From Gemmatimonadota bacterium (GTDB taxonomy: Bacteria; Gemmatimonadota; Gemmatimonadetes; Gemmatimonadales; GWC2-71-9), in NCBI GenBank assembly GCA_036679605.1, contig JAZDCZ010000398.1, positions 88,141 through 152,140 of the forward strand: 64,000 nucleotides of DNA, in the 5' to 3' direction. Positions within the stretch are counted from its first letter, which is position 1, and each line of letters opens with the position of its first letter. Shown here piece after piece: positions 47,577-58,334 of the stretch. The notes beneath the pieces were generated by a model. That model did no database searches and was not told where the DNA came from. It saw nothing but the letters and a program-made list of their open reading frames with translations. A program made the position numbers and the translations under genes.

Positions 47577-49057
47577 GCGACTCGGGCAAGAAACCCTCTG
47601 ACTCTCGGTCATCTTTCGAGAGTGCCATGGGAGACTCAGATGAATCGATCTTCCGGCAGGGTGGACGAGACTTTCTTCTTTCAATCTATGCGGCCCTCCG
47701 CAACCTGAAACTCTATCCGGTCGAAAACGTCCAGGTCCAGCGAGCCCTGGATGAAGTCGACGGGACAGCTCGTATCCTGCTCAAAGTGGATCCGGAACTC
47801 GAGATCCGGATAGCCGGTGAGTTCATCTTCGTGAACTCGGTTCGTCTGCGACTCGGCTTGGATAACTACTCATCATTCAGTTATATCCTGACGACTCTGC
47901 AGCATTGCGGAGTCGGGGTGATTCAGATTGACGAGTCGGTGGAGCGAAAGGAGTGGCAGATATTTCTCTCGCTGTTGCTTGCGCTTGCACCTCGTGAGGA
48001 CGTCGCTGACCTCTTAACGGAGCTGCGGCAGAGAATGGCCCAGGGTGGGATAAGCAAAATCATAGTCGAGTCCCCAATAGAAAGTGACGCCCCGGCCGAC
48101 ACCGAAGAAGCGAAACAGGCGGCGAAACGCACTTACGAGCAATCGGTGGCTGTCACCAAGGATTTGGTCGGCAGCGTTAGGATGGGGCGCTCCGCAAGCG
48201 TCAAGAAAGTAAAAAGAGCCGTGCAGGGTATCGTCGACCAGGTACTGAAGAATGAGACATCAATGGTTGGCCTAACGACCATTCGTGATTATGACGAGTA
48301 TACGTTCACACACTCGGTCAATGTGTGCATCTTCAGCGTCTCGATAGGGAAGCGGCTGGCACTTAGTAAGCTCCAACTCTACGATCTTGGGCTGGCGGCG
48401 TTGTTACACGATGTCGGAAAAAGCAGGGTGCCTCAGGAAGTCTTGAATAAGACCGGCGCGCTCACCGACGAAGAATGGAAGATCATGCAATCGCATCCCT
48501 GGCTCGGCGTTCTCACACTGTTCCAGCTCCGAGGCTACGGTGAGATCCCCTACAGACCCATGATAGTGGCTCACGAGCACCACATGAAGATAGACCTAAC
48601 TGGATACCCCAAGAGTATCCGCACCCGAAACATGTCTATGTTTTCGAGAATAGTTGCAGTGGCAGATGGGTTTGACGCCGCTACGTCGAGGAGAGTTTAC
48701 CAAACAGTTCCGATTCAGCCGGACCAAGTGCTGCGCGAGATGTGGGAGAACCGGAGACGTGGTCAGGATCCGGTGCTGGTCAAGGCGTTCATCAACTTGC
48801 TCGGGATCTATCCGGTCGGCACCTGTGTGATTCTGGATACATACGAACTCGGTATAGTGCACGCGGCGAACCCGGACACGAATTATCTCCACCGACCTCT
48901 GGTTCGCGTTATTACGACCGCTTCGGGAGCAAAGGTCGATCCTGCCCCGGTAGTAGATCTCTCGGAGGCAGATGGAATTGGCAACTTCAAGCGCTCCATC
49001 ATCAAAGTGACTGACCCAACGAAATACGGAATCAACCCGTCAGACTATTTTGTCTGA
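47573..49057 (+). CDS. HD-GYP phosphodiesterase-family protein
   Basis: YTFTHSVNV, LHDVGK, HH...GYP, ADGFDA. Confidence 0.9.
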   Translation: MSDSGKKPSDSRSSFESAMGDSDESIFRQGGRDFLLSIYAALRNLKLYPVENVQVQRALDEVDGTARILLKVDPELEIRIAGEFIFVNSVRLRLGLDNYSSFSYILTTLQHCGVGVIQIDESVERKEWQIFLSLLLALAPREDVADLLTELRQRMAQGGISKIIVESPIESDAPADTEEAKQAAKRTYEQSVAVTKDLVGSVRMGRSASVKKVKRAVQGIVDQVLKNETSMVGLTTIRDYDEYTFTHSVNVCIFSVSIGKRLALSKLQLYDLGLAALLHDVGKSRVPQEVLNKTGALTDEEWKIMQSHPWLGVLTLFQLRGYGEIPYRPMIVAHEHHMKIDLTGYPKSIRTRNMSMFSRIVAVADGFDAATSRRVYQTVPIQPDQVLREMWENRRRGQDPVLVKAFINLLGIYPVGTCVILDTYELGIVHAANPDTNYLHRPLVRVITTASGAKVDPAPVVDLSEADGIGNFKRSIIKVTDPTKYGINPSDYFV

Positions 49058-49856
49058 TCATCCGATCGATGTTCAGTGGCAGGACCTGCGCTCGTCTCGT
49101 ACGACCGCTCTCATACCGTACGTGACGGCGGGCTATCCAAGCAGAACGGAGAGCTTGCAGGCATTGGAGATGCTGGCGGATGAGGGGGCAGACTTCGTAG
49201 AGGTAGGTATTCCGTTTAGCGATCCGTTGGCAGACGGACCGGTGATTCAAGAAGCCAGTCAGTTAGCGCTAGACAATGGAATGACGGTGGCCGGTGCCCT
49301 GGATCTCGTAAGGGAGGCGGCACTTCCAATTCCAGTGATAGTCTTTGGCTACCTGAACCCAATCTTGTCGTATGGATTGGCGCGCTTCATGGATGAGGCA
49401 ACAGATGCTGGAGTATCGGGGTTGTTGCTCACGGACCTTCCCGTTGGAGAGGACCCGGAAATCGAAGAGTCGATTCGGGCGGGACCTCTTGCGTTGATTC
49501 GATTGGTGGCACCGACCACCGAATCGCTCCGTATCACTCAAACTGCGAAGTCAGCCGAGGGCTTTATCTATCTGATTTCGCGTCTTGGTGTAACAGGACC
49601 CCAGACTCAATTCGGGAATGCCGTGGCAGAGACGGCAGAGTTGATCCGAGGTGCGACTCAGCTGCCTATCGCGGTGGGTTTTGGAATCACCAATGGAACT
49701 CAAGCTCGTGAGGCCGCCGCACTAGGAGATGGAGTCGTTGTTGGGAGCGCGCTCGTACGTCAGCTCAAAGAGGGGCTGGGTCCGGCGCGCGCGCTGATGG
49801 GGGAACTCCGTGAGTCACTGAAGGCCGCTCAATCTGTAACTGACGCCAGAGGCTAG
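49050..49856 (+). CDS. trpA: Tryptophan synthase alpha subunit
   Basis: EVGIPFSDPLADGPVIQ, GVTG, VGFGI. Confidence 0.97.
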   Translation: MSDHPIDVQWQDLRSSRTTALIPYVTAGYPSRTESLQALEMLADEGADFVEVGIPFSDPLADGPVIQEASQLALDNGMTVAGALDLVREAALPIPVIVFGYLNPILSYGLARFMDEATDAGVSGLLLTDLPVGEDPEIEESIRAGPLALIRLVAPTTESLRITQTAKSAEGFIYLISRLGVTGPQTQFGNAVAETAELIRGATQLPIAVGFGITNGTQAREAAALGDGVVVGSALVRQLKEGLGPARALMGELRESLKAAQSVTDARG

Positions 49857-49862
49857 TGTGGC

Positions 49863-51947
49863 ATGAAGGTAGGACGGCTGGTAGGTCTCTACGTCTTTTG
49901 GCTGAGGGTAATCGGAACAGGACTTTTCTTCACGGTTCTGCTTGTCGACCGGTCCTGGACCACTAACGTCGACCTTGTGATAGGCGCTGGGGTCACCGGA
50001 CTCGCTCTTCGACTGCTCCAGCTTCCGATTGGCAAATACGCATACGTCTCTCTGTCAGGCTTGGTTGCGCTGGGAGGGTCCTTGTTACTGGGGCCGGCGA
50101 TAGCGTCGCTGGGTCTGGTAGCAGGAGTATTCGTAGCGGACGCCGCGCTGCAGCGAAAGTCATTGATCGCGGCATGGGTCAATGCTACCAGAGAAGTAAT
50201 CAGTCTGGTAACCGCCTACGGGCTATATGCCACCGTGCTTTCTATCGCGGGCGCAGACACCCCTCTGTCAGTCGATGGTATTCCGGCACTGACTGTACTT
50301 GCCCTGTCCTACTATGTGCTGTCAAGGTCGTTGTTCTACTACACACTGGCCGTACGGCGCAAGCTGACATATGAAGAAACGCAATTCATCCTGCGGTATG
50401 AAGCTGTTTCGTACGGGATAATGTTGATCGCTACGGCAGTTGTGGTGATCACTTTGACGACATTGCCTCCGCGGATTTGGCCGTTTGTGGTTGCTCTGTT
50501 GGGTTTTGCTGGGCACACGATAAGGCGCATTCTCGAGGAGGCCGTGCAGGCCGAGCAGTTGAACAAGATCCATGCAATGGAGTCCGTGATTACGAGCAAC
50601 ATGAGTATTGACGTCTCGCTTGCCAAACTCGAGGGCCTCACACATCGGATACTCGACTGGAATGACTTTCGAGTATACCGGCGCTCAGATGATGATTTCC
50701 AGCTCATGTACAGAGGTACGGCAGCGGAGTCGGAGCGTGGTGAAATCCCTGCCGCGCTGAATGATCTACGAAAAGAGATGTCACTCAACTGCGAACCGAT
50801 CTTGGTTCGTGATGCTGACCGGGATCCAAGAACCGTCCATCTCCCGCCCACCATCAGAAGTCTGGTAATTCAACCGCTTTGTTTCGGCGACGAGTTCTTG
50901 GGAACGCTAGAGTTGGAGCACAGCAAGAATCGCCAATATGGCCGGCGCGAAGTTGCCTTGATCGAAGCCTGCTCCTACCGAATCGCTACTGCCGTTCATA
51001 TTGCCGATCTTCGACAACCACTCGTGGACACCGTTGACAGAATAGGTGCGCAGGTGCGCAGCTTGGGTCGCTCTGCGGAACTCCTACGATCCACCGCAGC
51101 TGCGATGGCCAAATCCACAGAGGCGATAAGTTCGGCGTTGGCCAAGCAGGATATCGACGTAGCCGAAGGACTCAGGGCTACTCATGAGTTGAGCGGTGCT
51201 ACCAAGCACGTGGTTAGTGATAGCGCTGAAGCGGCAGCGGCCAGTGGCTCAGCAAGCGATACGGCGGCCCAACATCGGCAGACGATTGCGGACGCGATCG
51301 AGCGGCTGGTGGCTTTGAATGCGTTTGTGGCGGAGAGTTCCGTCAAAGTCGACGAACTCAATCAGGCCAGCCGACGGATCGTAAAATTCCTTGCTTCAAT
51401 CCGAGAGATGGCTGACCTTACCAACCTGCTCGCCCTGAATGCAGCGATCGAAGCGGCTCGAGCGGGAGATCACGGGAGAGGATTTGCTGAGGTTGCCAAG
51501 GAGGTGCGACGCCTGGCCGAACAAAGCGGGCAGACTGCGGTCGAGGCAGGACAGCTGGTCGAAGAAATGCAAGTTCACCTGACTGAGGTAGTCGAGCAGA
51601 TGAGTAAAGGACGCGAGGCGGTTGCCGGCGTCGAGGATATGAGTACTCAGGGAATCGAAGCGCTCGACGCAATCGTCCAGGCGACTCTCGAGGCTACCAG
51701 ACATGTTGAGCGGATTGCTAAGACAGCTGAGAGCCAACAGCACGCGTTTGCCTTACTCGGCGACAGGATGGACGGCGTGGCGGCTATATCATCACGCAAC
51801 AGGAGTGATGCCGATGGGATGATGGAGCGAGCCCGTGAGGTTGAGATGGGTGCCGACGGTTTGCGCCAGGCGACCCATGAATTGGATTCCATTGCGACGA
51901 TGCTGGCGGAAGTAACCCGTTTGTTTACTTCCGAGAGCACACAGTAA
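49863..51947 (+). CDS. Methyl-accepting chemotaxis protein with multi-TM and GAF-like domains
   Basis: [26 protein letters not shown]; hydrophobic N-terminal region of about 220 aa. Confidence 0.9.
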   Translation: MKVGRLVGLYVFWLRVIGTGLFFTVLLVDRSWTTNVDLVIGAGVTGLALRLLQLPIGKYAYVSLSGLVALGGSLLLGPAIASLGLVAGVFVADAALQRKSLIAAWVNATREVISLVTAYGLYATVLSIAGADTPLSVDGIPALTVLALSYYVLSRSLFYYTLAVRRKLTYEETQFILRYEAVSYGIMLIATAVVVITLTTLPPRIWPFVVALLGFAGHTIRRILEEAVQAEQLNKIHAMESVITSNMSIDVSLAKLEGLTHRILDWNDFRVYRRSDDDFQLMYRGTAAESERGEIPAALNDLRKEMSLNCEPILVRDADRDPRTVHLPPTIRSLVIQPLCFGDEFLGTLELEHSKNRQYGRREVALIEACSYRIATAVHIADLRQPLVDTVDRIGAQVRSLGRSAELLRSTAAAMAKSTEAISSALAKQDIDVAEGLRATHELSGATKHVVSDSAEAAAASGSASDTAAQHRQTIADAIERLVALNAFVAESSVKVDELNQASRRIVKFLASIREMADLTNLLALNAAIEAARAGDHGRGFAEVAKEVRRLAEQSGQTAVEAGQLVEEMQVHLTEVVEQMSKGREAVAGVEDMSTQGIEALDAIVQATLEATRHVERIAKTAESQQHAFALLGDRMDGVAAISSRNRSDADGMMERAREVEMGADGLRQATHELDSIATMLAEVTRLFTSESTQ

Positions 51948-51986
51948 GCCTTTGACACCTCGCTAGAGGCTGGATACCATTCGCCC

Positions 51987-52364
51987 GTGTCTACACGTGA
52001 CTATATCTGTCTCAAGGGAATGCGCTTCCACACGCGTGTGGGGCTGCTACCGCACGAGAAGTTGGTATCGCAACCCCTCGAGTTAGATCTGACTGTGTGG
52101 TGCTCGCTGAGAAAGGTTGGTGAATCAGACTCGCCGAAGTCGCTCCTGGATTACCGCAGTCTCCACAAGTTGGTAGCTGACACTGTCGGAACCAGCCATC
52201 ATAAGTTGCTTGAGGCGTTATGTGAAAAGATCGCCGCCGGCGCACTCGCTCTGGAGGGTGTGCATCGTGCGAAAGTAGCAGCTCGGAAGCCACACGCTCC
52301 CATTGATGGGCCTTTGGACTATGTCGAGGTCGTTGTTGAGCGTTCTCTGGACGACCATGACTGA
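51987..52364 (+). CDS. folB: Dihydroneopterin aldolase
   Basis: G..PHE...Q, LDY, LLEAL, KPHAP. Confidence 0.9.
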   Translation: MSTRDYICLKGMRFHTRVGLLPHEKLVSQPLELDLTVWCSLRKVGESDSPKSLLDYRSLHKLVADTVGTSHHKLLEALCEKIAAGALALEGVHRAKVAARKPHAPIDGPLDYVEVVVERSLDDHD

Positions 52365-52773
52365 ATGGGCGTTCGTAGCGCTTGGCTCCAATTTGGGTGA
52401 TCGAGGGCGACACCTTTCGCAAGCCAGGGAAAGACTCCGTCGTCTTCCGTCAACGAGCTATCGGGCGGAGAGCGCGATCGAGGAAACGGATCCAATTGGA
52501 CCTGCTGGGCAGCGTCGATACCTTAACCAGATGCTCCTGTTGCGGACCAGTCTGCATCCGCACGAGCTTCTTATACACTTTCATACGATCGAGTGCGATG
52601 CAGGGCGCGAACGGCGCGAGCGGTGGGGCGAGCGTACATTGGACATAGATCTCGTGCGTTACGGCAACCATTCGGAGAATGGTGCGGAACTCACTATCCC
52701 TCATCCAGAGATCGCCAATCGTCCGTTCTGGCAGAGGGAGCTAGCGGAGCTAGAGAAATATGTCGCCGACTGA
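52357..52773 (+). CDS. folK: 6-hydroxymethyl-7,8-dihydropterin pyrophosphokinase
   Basis: ALGSNLG, WGERTLDID, IPHP. Confidence 0.94.
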   Translation: MTEWAFVALGSNLGDRGRHLSQARERLRRLPSTSYRAESAIEETDPIGPAGQRRYLNQMLLLRTSLHPHELLIHFHTIECDAGRERRERWGERTLDIDLVRYGNHSENGAELTIPHPEIANRPFWQRELAELEKYVAD

Positions 52774-53572
52774 AAAAAAGGTGCGGACCACCGACCTCAC
52801 TCGGATGAAGACCGAGGGGCGCAAGATCGTCATGCTGACGGCATACGACGCACTCTTCGGATCTCTCCTGGATCAAGCCGGAGTCGACGTGATATTGGTA
52901 GGTGATTCCGTAAACACCGTTCTTTGCGGCGAAGAGTCGACCCTTTCGGCTACCCTCGATCAGATGATCTACCATGGTCGAATCGTGCGGGCTGGGGTCC
53001 GGCGTGCCATGGTAGTAGTGGATATGCCCTATCTGTCGTATCAGATCTCGACCGAAGAGGCCAAACGAAACTGTGGCCGTGCGCTCAAAGAAGCGGGAGC
53101 AGATGCGGTGAAGCTTGAAGGGGGGGCAAGCATGATCTCGACCGTGCGTGCGCTCGTCGAGATCGGCATCCCCGTAATGGGGCACCTTGGGTTTACGCCG
53201 CAGTCGATGCATGTGCTTGGCGGTTATCGTGTGCAGGGACGAGCATCGGGAGACGCGAACCAGATCGTGGCTGACGCTCAGGCTCTCGAAGATGCCGGGG
53301 CGTTTGCCATCGTGCTGGAACTCATGCCGTCTGAAGTCGCAAAGCGAGTGAGTGAGTCCGTGAAGATCCCGACGATCGGTATCGGTTCTGGAATCGACTG
53401 TGATGGCCAGGTGCTGGTACTCCATGACATGCTGGGTTTGAACGAGGGATTTCAAGCCAAATTCTTGAAGCGCTACGCCGAGATGGCGGAGGACGTGCGA
53501 TCTGCAGTGAGGACATTCGGAGAGGAAGTTCGGGACGGCCGGTATCCAGAAGCTACGCACAGTTACGAATGA
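52760..53572 (+). CDS. panB: 3-methyl-2-oxobutanoate hydroxymethyltransferase
   Basis: LTAYD, LVGDS, VKLEGG, DGQVLV. Confidence 0.97.
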   Translation: MSPTEKKVRTTDLTRMKTEGRKIVMLTAYDALFGSLLDQAGVDVILVGDSVNTVLCGEESTLSATLDQMIYHGRIVRAGVRRAMVVVDMPYLSYQISTEEAKRNCGRALKEAGADAVKLEGGASMISTVRALVEIGIPVMGHLGFTPQSMHVLGGYRVQGRASGDANQIVADAQALEDAGAFAIVLELMPSEVAKRVSESVKIPTIGIGSGIDCDGQVLVLHDMLGLNEGFQAKFLKRYAEMAEDVRSAVRTFGEEVRDGRYPEATHSYE

Positions 53573-54444
53573 TTGAGATCACCGGCCTCGGTGACATGAG
53601 AAATTGGTCCCGTGAAGTAAGATCCGGCGGTGAGCGGGTCGGGCTAGTCGCGACGATGGGGTTCTTACATGAGGGTCACCTGCGGCTAGTCGATCGAGCG
53701 CTCGCCGAAGCCGACCGCACGGTCCTCAGCATATTCGTCAACCGGCTGCAGTTTGGCCCGGGGGAAGACCTCGAGTCCTATCCACGTGACATTGCTCACG
53801 ACCGAGCAGCGGCCGAGAGGCGCCAAGTCGAGTGCCTGTTCGTGCCGGATGCTGCCGCCATGTACCCCACTGATCCAGTGGTGCGGCTGATCGCCGGATC
53901 GCTGAGCGAGCATCTTTGCGGACCGAGCAGGCCTGGGCACTTTGATGGGGTACTCACGGTCGTTGCCAAACTATTCAACATAGTAGAACCCGACATCGCC
54001 TTGTTTGGTCGCAAGGACTTCCAACAGGCTCAGATCGTCAAGCGAATGGCTTCCGATCTCAACTTTCCGACAGAGGTGGTGATAGCTCCGACGGTTCGCG
54101 ACGTCGATAGTGTGGCGTTGAGTTCGCGCAACGCCTATCTGAGTGAAGCGGATCGCGAAGTGGCTCGCCGGATTCCACTGGCGTTGGATGCAGCTCATAG
54201 GTTGTTCCTGACCGGCAAGACCTGCGTGGACGATTTGGTCGCAGAAGTACGCAACACGTTTGGAGAGCATGCGGGGGCAGCACTCGACTACGTCGAAATG
54301 GTAGATCCGTCAACACTTGCCCCAATTCGTATGGCGTCGAGCGACTCGATCGTTGGGCTCGCGGCGCGGGTCGGCGGAACCCGTCTCATAGACAACGTTG
54401 TCGTAGGAGATGGAGTGAGTGGTGACGACTTTGTGCACGGCTAG
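53569..54444 (+). CDS. panC: Pantoate--beta-alanine ligase
   Basis: TMGFLHEGH, RPGHF, GRKDFQQ, ALSSRN, RLIDN. Confidence 0.96.
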   Translation: MIEITGLGDMRNWSREVRSGGERVGLVATMGFLHEGHLRLVDRALAEADRTVLSIFVNRLQFGPGEDLESYPRDIAHDRAAAERRQVECLFVPDAAAMYPTDPVVRLIAGSLSEHLCGPSRPGHFDGVLTVVAKLFNIVEPDIALFGRKDFQQAQIVKRMASDLNFPTEVVIAPTVRDVDSVALSSRNAYLSEADREVARRIPLALDAAHRLFLTGKTCVDDLVAEVRNTFGEHAGAALDYVEMVDPSTLAPIRMASSDSIVGLAARVGGTRLIDNVVVGDGVSGDDFVHG

Positions 54445-54988
54445 TTTGTCGATACCGCTGCCTTCGTGGTCGCAGGTGACCGGCTCACGCAGCGTCCACA
54501 TCCAACGGGTGGCACGGCTGGCAGCCCGGTGGGCTGACGAAATGAGCGTATCTCCGGAAGAGAGGGATCGCTGGATCAGGGCCGTTGCACTGCACGATTC
54601 GCTGAAGGAAGCCCCTCAAAGCCAATTGTCGGCACTGGTGACCGATCGATGGGGTGTGCCGAGCTTGCTTCACGGGCCGGCTGCTGCGGTACTGGCGGAG
54701 CAACATGGAGAAACTGATCACGCTGTCCTCGATGCCGTGCGGTACCACTCTGTCGGATTTGCCGGATGGGAAGTTGTTGGAAAGGTCCTTTACCTTGCTG
54801 ACTTTCTGGAGCCGGGGCGTCCGTTCCATACTGACGCGCACGAGGAACTGGCGGCCGCCGTTCCGCAGGATGTCGATGGGGTGCTACGATCGGTGGCGGC
54901 CGAGCGGATCACCGGCCAAATCGCTCAAGGACTAGTGCTTCTTCCAGAGACCGTAGAGTTTTGGAACTCGATCGTTCCCGTATCCTAG
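54419..54988 (+). CDS. YqeK-like HD-domain hydrolase
   Basis: H..RV, LHD, LLHG, AVRYH, LADFLEPGR; start uncertain. Confidence 0.8.
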   Translation: MVTTLCTASLSIPLPSWSQVTGSRSVHIQRVARLAARWADEMSVSPEERDRWIRAVALHDSLKEAPQSQLSALVTDRWGVPSLLHGPAAAVLAEQHGETDHAVLDAVRYHSVGFAGWEVVGKVLYLADFLEPGRPFHTDAHEELAAAVPQDVDGVLRSVAAERITGQIAQGLVLLPETVEFWNSIVPVS

Positions 54989-55377
54989 GGGGTGTCGCCG
55001 TCGTAGCGGTGGTGGGGACCATCACGCTCTACTGGACGCGATCGCGTGACGATGTCCAACCATCTCTGCCGATACCGGGCGAGAGCCAGCGGATTCAAGT
55101 TGAGGTTTTGAACGCTACCAATATCGACGGATTGGCTCGAGCAACGACACGGCGGTTGCGCCACGCAGGGATCGATGTGGTCTACTACGGAACGTCAACA
55201 GATACCGCCCTTGCCTCGACATTGATTCTGGTACGACGTGGTGATAGCAGCTTTGTCGGACGCATCCGCGAAGTGTTGGGAACCGGGCGTGTCGTGCTCG
55301 AACCGGATCCGAACTTGCTGCTAGATGCGAGTGTAGTTTTAGGTATCGATCTCTTGACCCCGCATCCTGATCACTAG
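54961..55377 (+). CDS. LytR C-terminal domain protein
   Basis: TM segment, then VEVLNAT..GLA, VVLGID. Confidence 0.82.
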   Translation: MELDRSRILGGVAVVAVVGTITLYWTRSRDDVQPSLPIPGESQRIQVEVLNATNIDGLARATTRRLRHAGIDVVYYGTSTDTALASTLILVRRGDSSFVGRIREVLGTGRVVLEPDPNLLLDASVVLGIDLLTPHPDH

Positions 55378-56376
55378 CTGACCGCAAGCAGCGTCAATGT
55401 CGAGGCCGCGGCTGCGTCGAACAGTGACGTTCACTTTACGGGCAGTGAGTTTTTTGGCGAACCGAGCGATCTCGAGCTTATCGCACGGCACTAGATCCGG
55501 TGACCCTCCGGGATGGAGCGGGAGCACATTGATATGCGCTTGGAGCAGCTGAGCGATACGGGTCAGCTCTGCCACGTCATCCTCAGCATCATTGAAGCCT
55601 CGTATCATGACGTACTCCAGCGTGACACGACGTGGGAAAGATCGTAGTGTCTCCACAACTTCAGACAGCGGATACTTTTGCTCGATCGGCATCAATGCTT
55701 GGCGATTATGTGCGAGGGCGGAGTGTAGTGACAACGCTACGCGAAACTGCTCGGGACGCTCCGCGAGTCTTCTGAGGTTGGGCACGATCCCGATTGTGCT
55801 GACTGTAATCCGACGGGCCCCGATGCCGAAACCCTGTGGGTTATTGAGAATCGTAAGTGCCACATCTACTGCCGACCAGTTGTGGAGCGGTTCGCCCATG
55901 CCCATGAAGACGACGTGTGTCGGTCGCCCGAGAGCTGGTTCCAGTGATAACTCTCTTACCTGAGCCGCTATCTCCCAAGGTCTGAGGTGGCGTTGGAATC
56001 CCATCGTTCCGGTGGCGCAAAACTTACAGGCGTAGGCACAGCCGGCCTGTGAGGAAATACACACCGTTCGCCGCCCACGCTCCGGTATCAGCACTGATTC
56101 CACCCCTAGTTGATCCGGTAGTTCCCATACGAACTTTGTTGTGCCGTCGGAAGATTCTTGTTTTGCAGACAACGTAAGACGTGGAAGTGGGAATTCGATC
56201 GAGAGGGCTTCGACTAGATCCTTCGGCAGGTCGGTCGCCTCGGCCCAATTGCTGATTGGACGACACCACAGCCTGGGAACGATTTGGTTCACTCGATATC
56301 CGGGCTCGTTCCTTTGGCTCAGCCACCGAGCAATCGCTAGTTCCGCCTGCTGGGGAGTCAGGTCGAGTAAATTCAT
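55339..56376 (-). CDS. rlmN: 23S rRNA m2A2503 methyltransferase (radical SAM)
   Basis: CISSQAGCAYACKFCATG, MGMGEP, DIDAACGQL. Confidence 0.95.
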   Translation of the reverse strand: MNLLDLTPQQAELAIARWLSQRNEPGYRVNQIVPRLWCRPISNWAEATDLPKDLVEALSIEFPLPRLTLSAKQESSDGTTKFVWELPDQLGVESVLIPERGRRTVCISSQAGCAYACKFCATGTMGFQRHLRPWEIAAQVRELSLEPALGRPTHVVFMGMGEPLHNWSAVDVALTILNNPQGFGIGARRITVSTIGIVPNLRRLAERPEQFRVALSLHSALAHNRQALMPIEQKYPLSEVVETLRSFPRRVTLEYVMIRGFNDAEDDVAELTRIAQLLQAHINVLPLHPGGSPDLVPCDKLEIARFAKKLTARKVNVTVRRSRGLDIDAACGQLVIRMRGQEIDT

Positions 56377-56564
56377 TGAGCCGCCGGCACATGCGAGCCG
56401 GAGGGAGGAGTGACGTGAGTGGAGCACACCTCAGAAGGGTCGCGGCCGTCTCTCTAGGTGTCAACCCGCGGCTTGATGGAGTGTTGGGAAGTGCGTTATG
56501 TTGAGCTGGGACAAAGATTTGGGAGGTTTAGTATACAGCCGAGGAATAGAACCCTGAGGAACCT

Positions 56565-58334
56565 ATGAGCGCTACGGCAATGCGTACGCACCTCTGTGGG
56601 GAGCTGCGCGAAGCTCATGTGGGTCTTGAGGTGAGACTTGGGGGATGGATTCATCGGCGGAGGGACCTCGGCGGTATCGTCTTCTACGATCTGCGAGACC
56701 GCGAGGGGATCGTTCAGGTTTCGTTCGGGCCAGACTGGGCATCCACTGACCTAATCGAGCAGGCTGGTGATCTGGGCATGGAAACAGTCGTACTAGTGCG
56801 TGGCATAGTGCAGCGGCGACCCGACGATGCCCAGAATCCGAACATGGGGACCGGTGCGATCGAGGTCAGGGCTACGGAGTTGGAAGTTGTCGGGCCGGCG
56901 GTTCCGCCCGCAATCCCAGTGTGGCGTTCGAAGGGAGAGGACTTGCCTAGCGAGGAACTACGGTTGCTCTACCGGTGCCTCGATCTTCGTAGACCCGAGA
57001 TGGTTAAAGCTCTCGGCCTGCGGCACAGGCTCACCCAACGAGCGCGTGCGACGCTCTGCAATCTCGGGTTCTACGAGATCGAAACACCCGTCCTGACGCG
57101 ACCTACGCCCGAGGGAGCCAGAGATTTTTTGGTTCCCTCCCGGGTTCATAAAGGCCAGTTCTACGCGCTTCCACAATCTCCTCAGATCTATAAGCAACTC
57201 CTCATGATCTCCGGCTTCGACCGCTATTTCCAACTTGCCAGGTGCTTTAGGGATGAGGACTTGAGGGCGGATCGCCAGCCCGAATTCACACAGATCGATA
57301 TCGAGGCATCGTTCGTATCGACCGAAGACATTTATGGGATAGTAGAGGCAGTCCTAGTAGATCTTTGGAGTGAGGCAGGGCATACTGTCTCCACCCCGTT
57401 CCGTCGCTTGGAAATGAAGGAAGCGCTTGAATCCTACGGCACCGACAAACCGGACCTGCGGTTCGAACTGACCATTGTGGACCTTTGCGAAATCGTGTGT
57501 GGAAGGGGGTTCCGCGCATTCGATGAGGCAATGGAGCGCGGCGAACGTGTTCGCGGGATTAGGATACCGGGCGGCAGTTCACTGTCACGCAAGATGATGG
57601 ATCAGCTCACAGAGAAGGCCAAGCGGGCAGGGGTTGGTGGGCTGGCGACCCTCAAGCGACAGGGTGATCAGCTGTCGGGTCCCCTAGCGAGGCTCGACGG
57701 AGTGACGGCAGAACTCGCCGGTCTGGACGATGGCGATCTTCTCATTGCGACGGCCGGCAGCGATGGAGTCACCTCGCCCGCGTTGGACGTAGTCCGACGA
57801 GCCGTAATCGAGTTGCTCGAGCTACAGCCGCTGGAACAGCACGCGTTTGCGTGGATTGAGAACTTCCCGTTGTTCGAAAAGGATTTGGAGACCGGAGAAT
57901 GGCTGTTCGCGCATCACCCATTTACAACACCGCACCCCGACGACATCGACGCGCTCCTAGAAGGAAACTGCGCCGGTATCAGAGCCCAGCACTATGATGT
58001 CGTTTACAACGGCAACGAACTCGGCAGCGGGTCGATCCGAATCACTGATCCAAAGGTTCAGATTAGAGTGTTGGAGGCGTTGGGTATCTCCGCCGATGAT
58101 GCGGAGCGCCGATTCGGTTTTCTGTTGTCGGCTCTGCGATCCGGGGCGCCGCCCCATGGAGGGTTCGCGATCGGTTTTGATAGGGTAGTCATGTTGTTAG
58201 CCGGCGTGGAAAGTTTGAGAGATGTGATCGCCTTTCCGAAAACCACCGCAGCACGCGCGCTCTTCGAAGACACACCAACCGTTGTCGAGAGCGCAGATCT
58301 CGCGGCACTCGGCTTGACTACAGGGCAAGAATGA
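56565..58334 (+). CDS. aspS: Aspartate--tRNA ligase
   Basis: MRTHLCG, PEGARDFLVP, LPQSPQ, RQPEFTQ, GAPPHGG. Confidence 0.97.
   Translation: MSATAMRTHLCGELREAHVGLEVRLGGWIHRRRDLGGIVFYDLRDREGIVQVSFGPDWASTDLIEQAGDLGMETVVLVRGIVQRRPDDAQNPNMGTGAIEVRATELEVVGPAVPPAIPVWRSKGEDLPSEELRLLYRCLDLRRPEMVKALGLRHRLTQRARATLCNLGFYEIETPVLTRPTPEGARDFLVPSRVHKGQFYALPQSPQIYKQLLMISGFDRYFQLARCFRDEDLRADRQPEFTQIDIEASFVSTEDIYGIVEAVLVDLWSEAGHTVSTPFRRLEMKEALESYGTDKPDLRFELTIVDLCEIVCGRGFRAFDEAMERGERVRGIRIPGGSSLSRKMMDQLTEKAKRAGVGGLATLKRQGDQLSGPLARLDGVTAELAGLDDGDLLIATAGSDGVTSPALDVVRRAVIELLELQPLEQHAFAWIENFPLFEKDLETGEWLFAHHPFTTPHPDDIDALLEGNCAGIRAQHYDVVYNGNELGSGSIRITDPKVQIRVLEALGISADDAERRFGFLLSALRSGAPPHGGFAIGFDRVVMLLAGVESLRDVIAFPKTTAARALFEDTPTVVESADLAALGLTTGQE

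Noticed and set aside
55339..55377. 39-bp convergent overlap of rlmN and the LytR_C gene (also 17 bp for trpD/lexA)
   Set aside because: Short 3' overlaps are common in compact genomes; no evidence of a special function.
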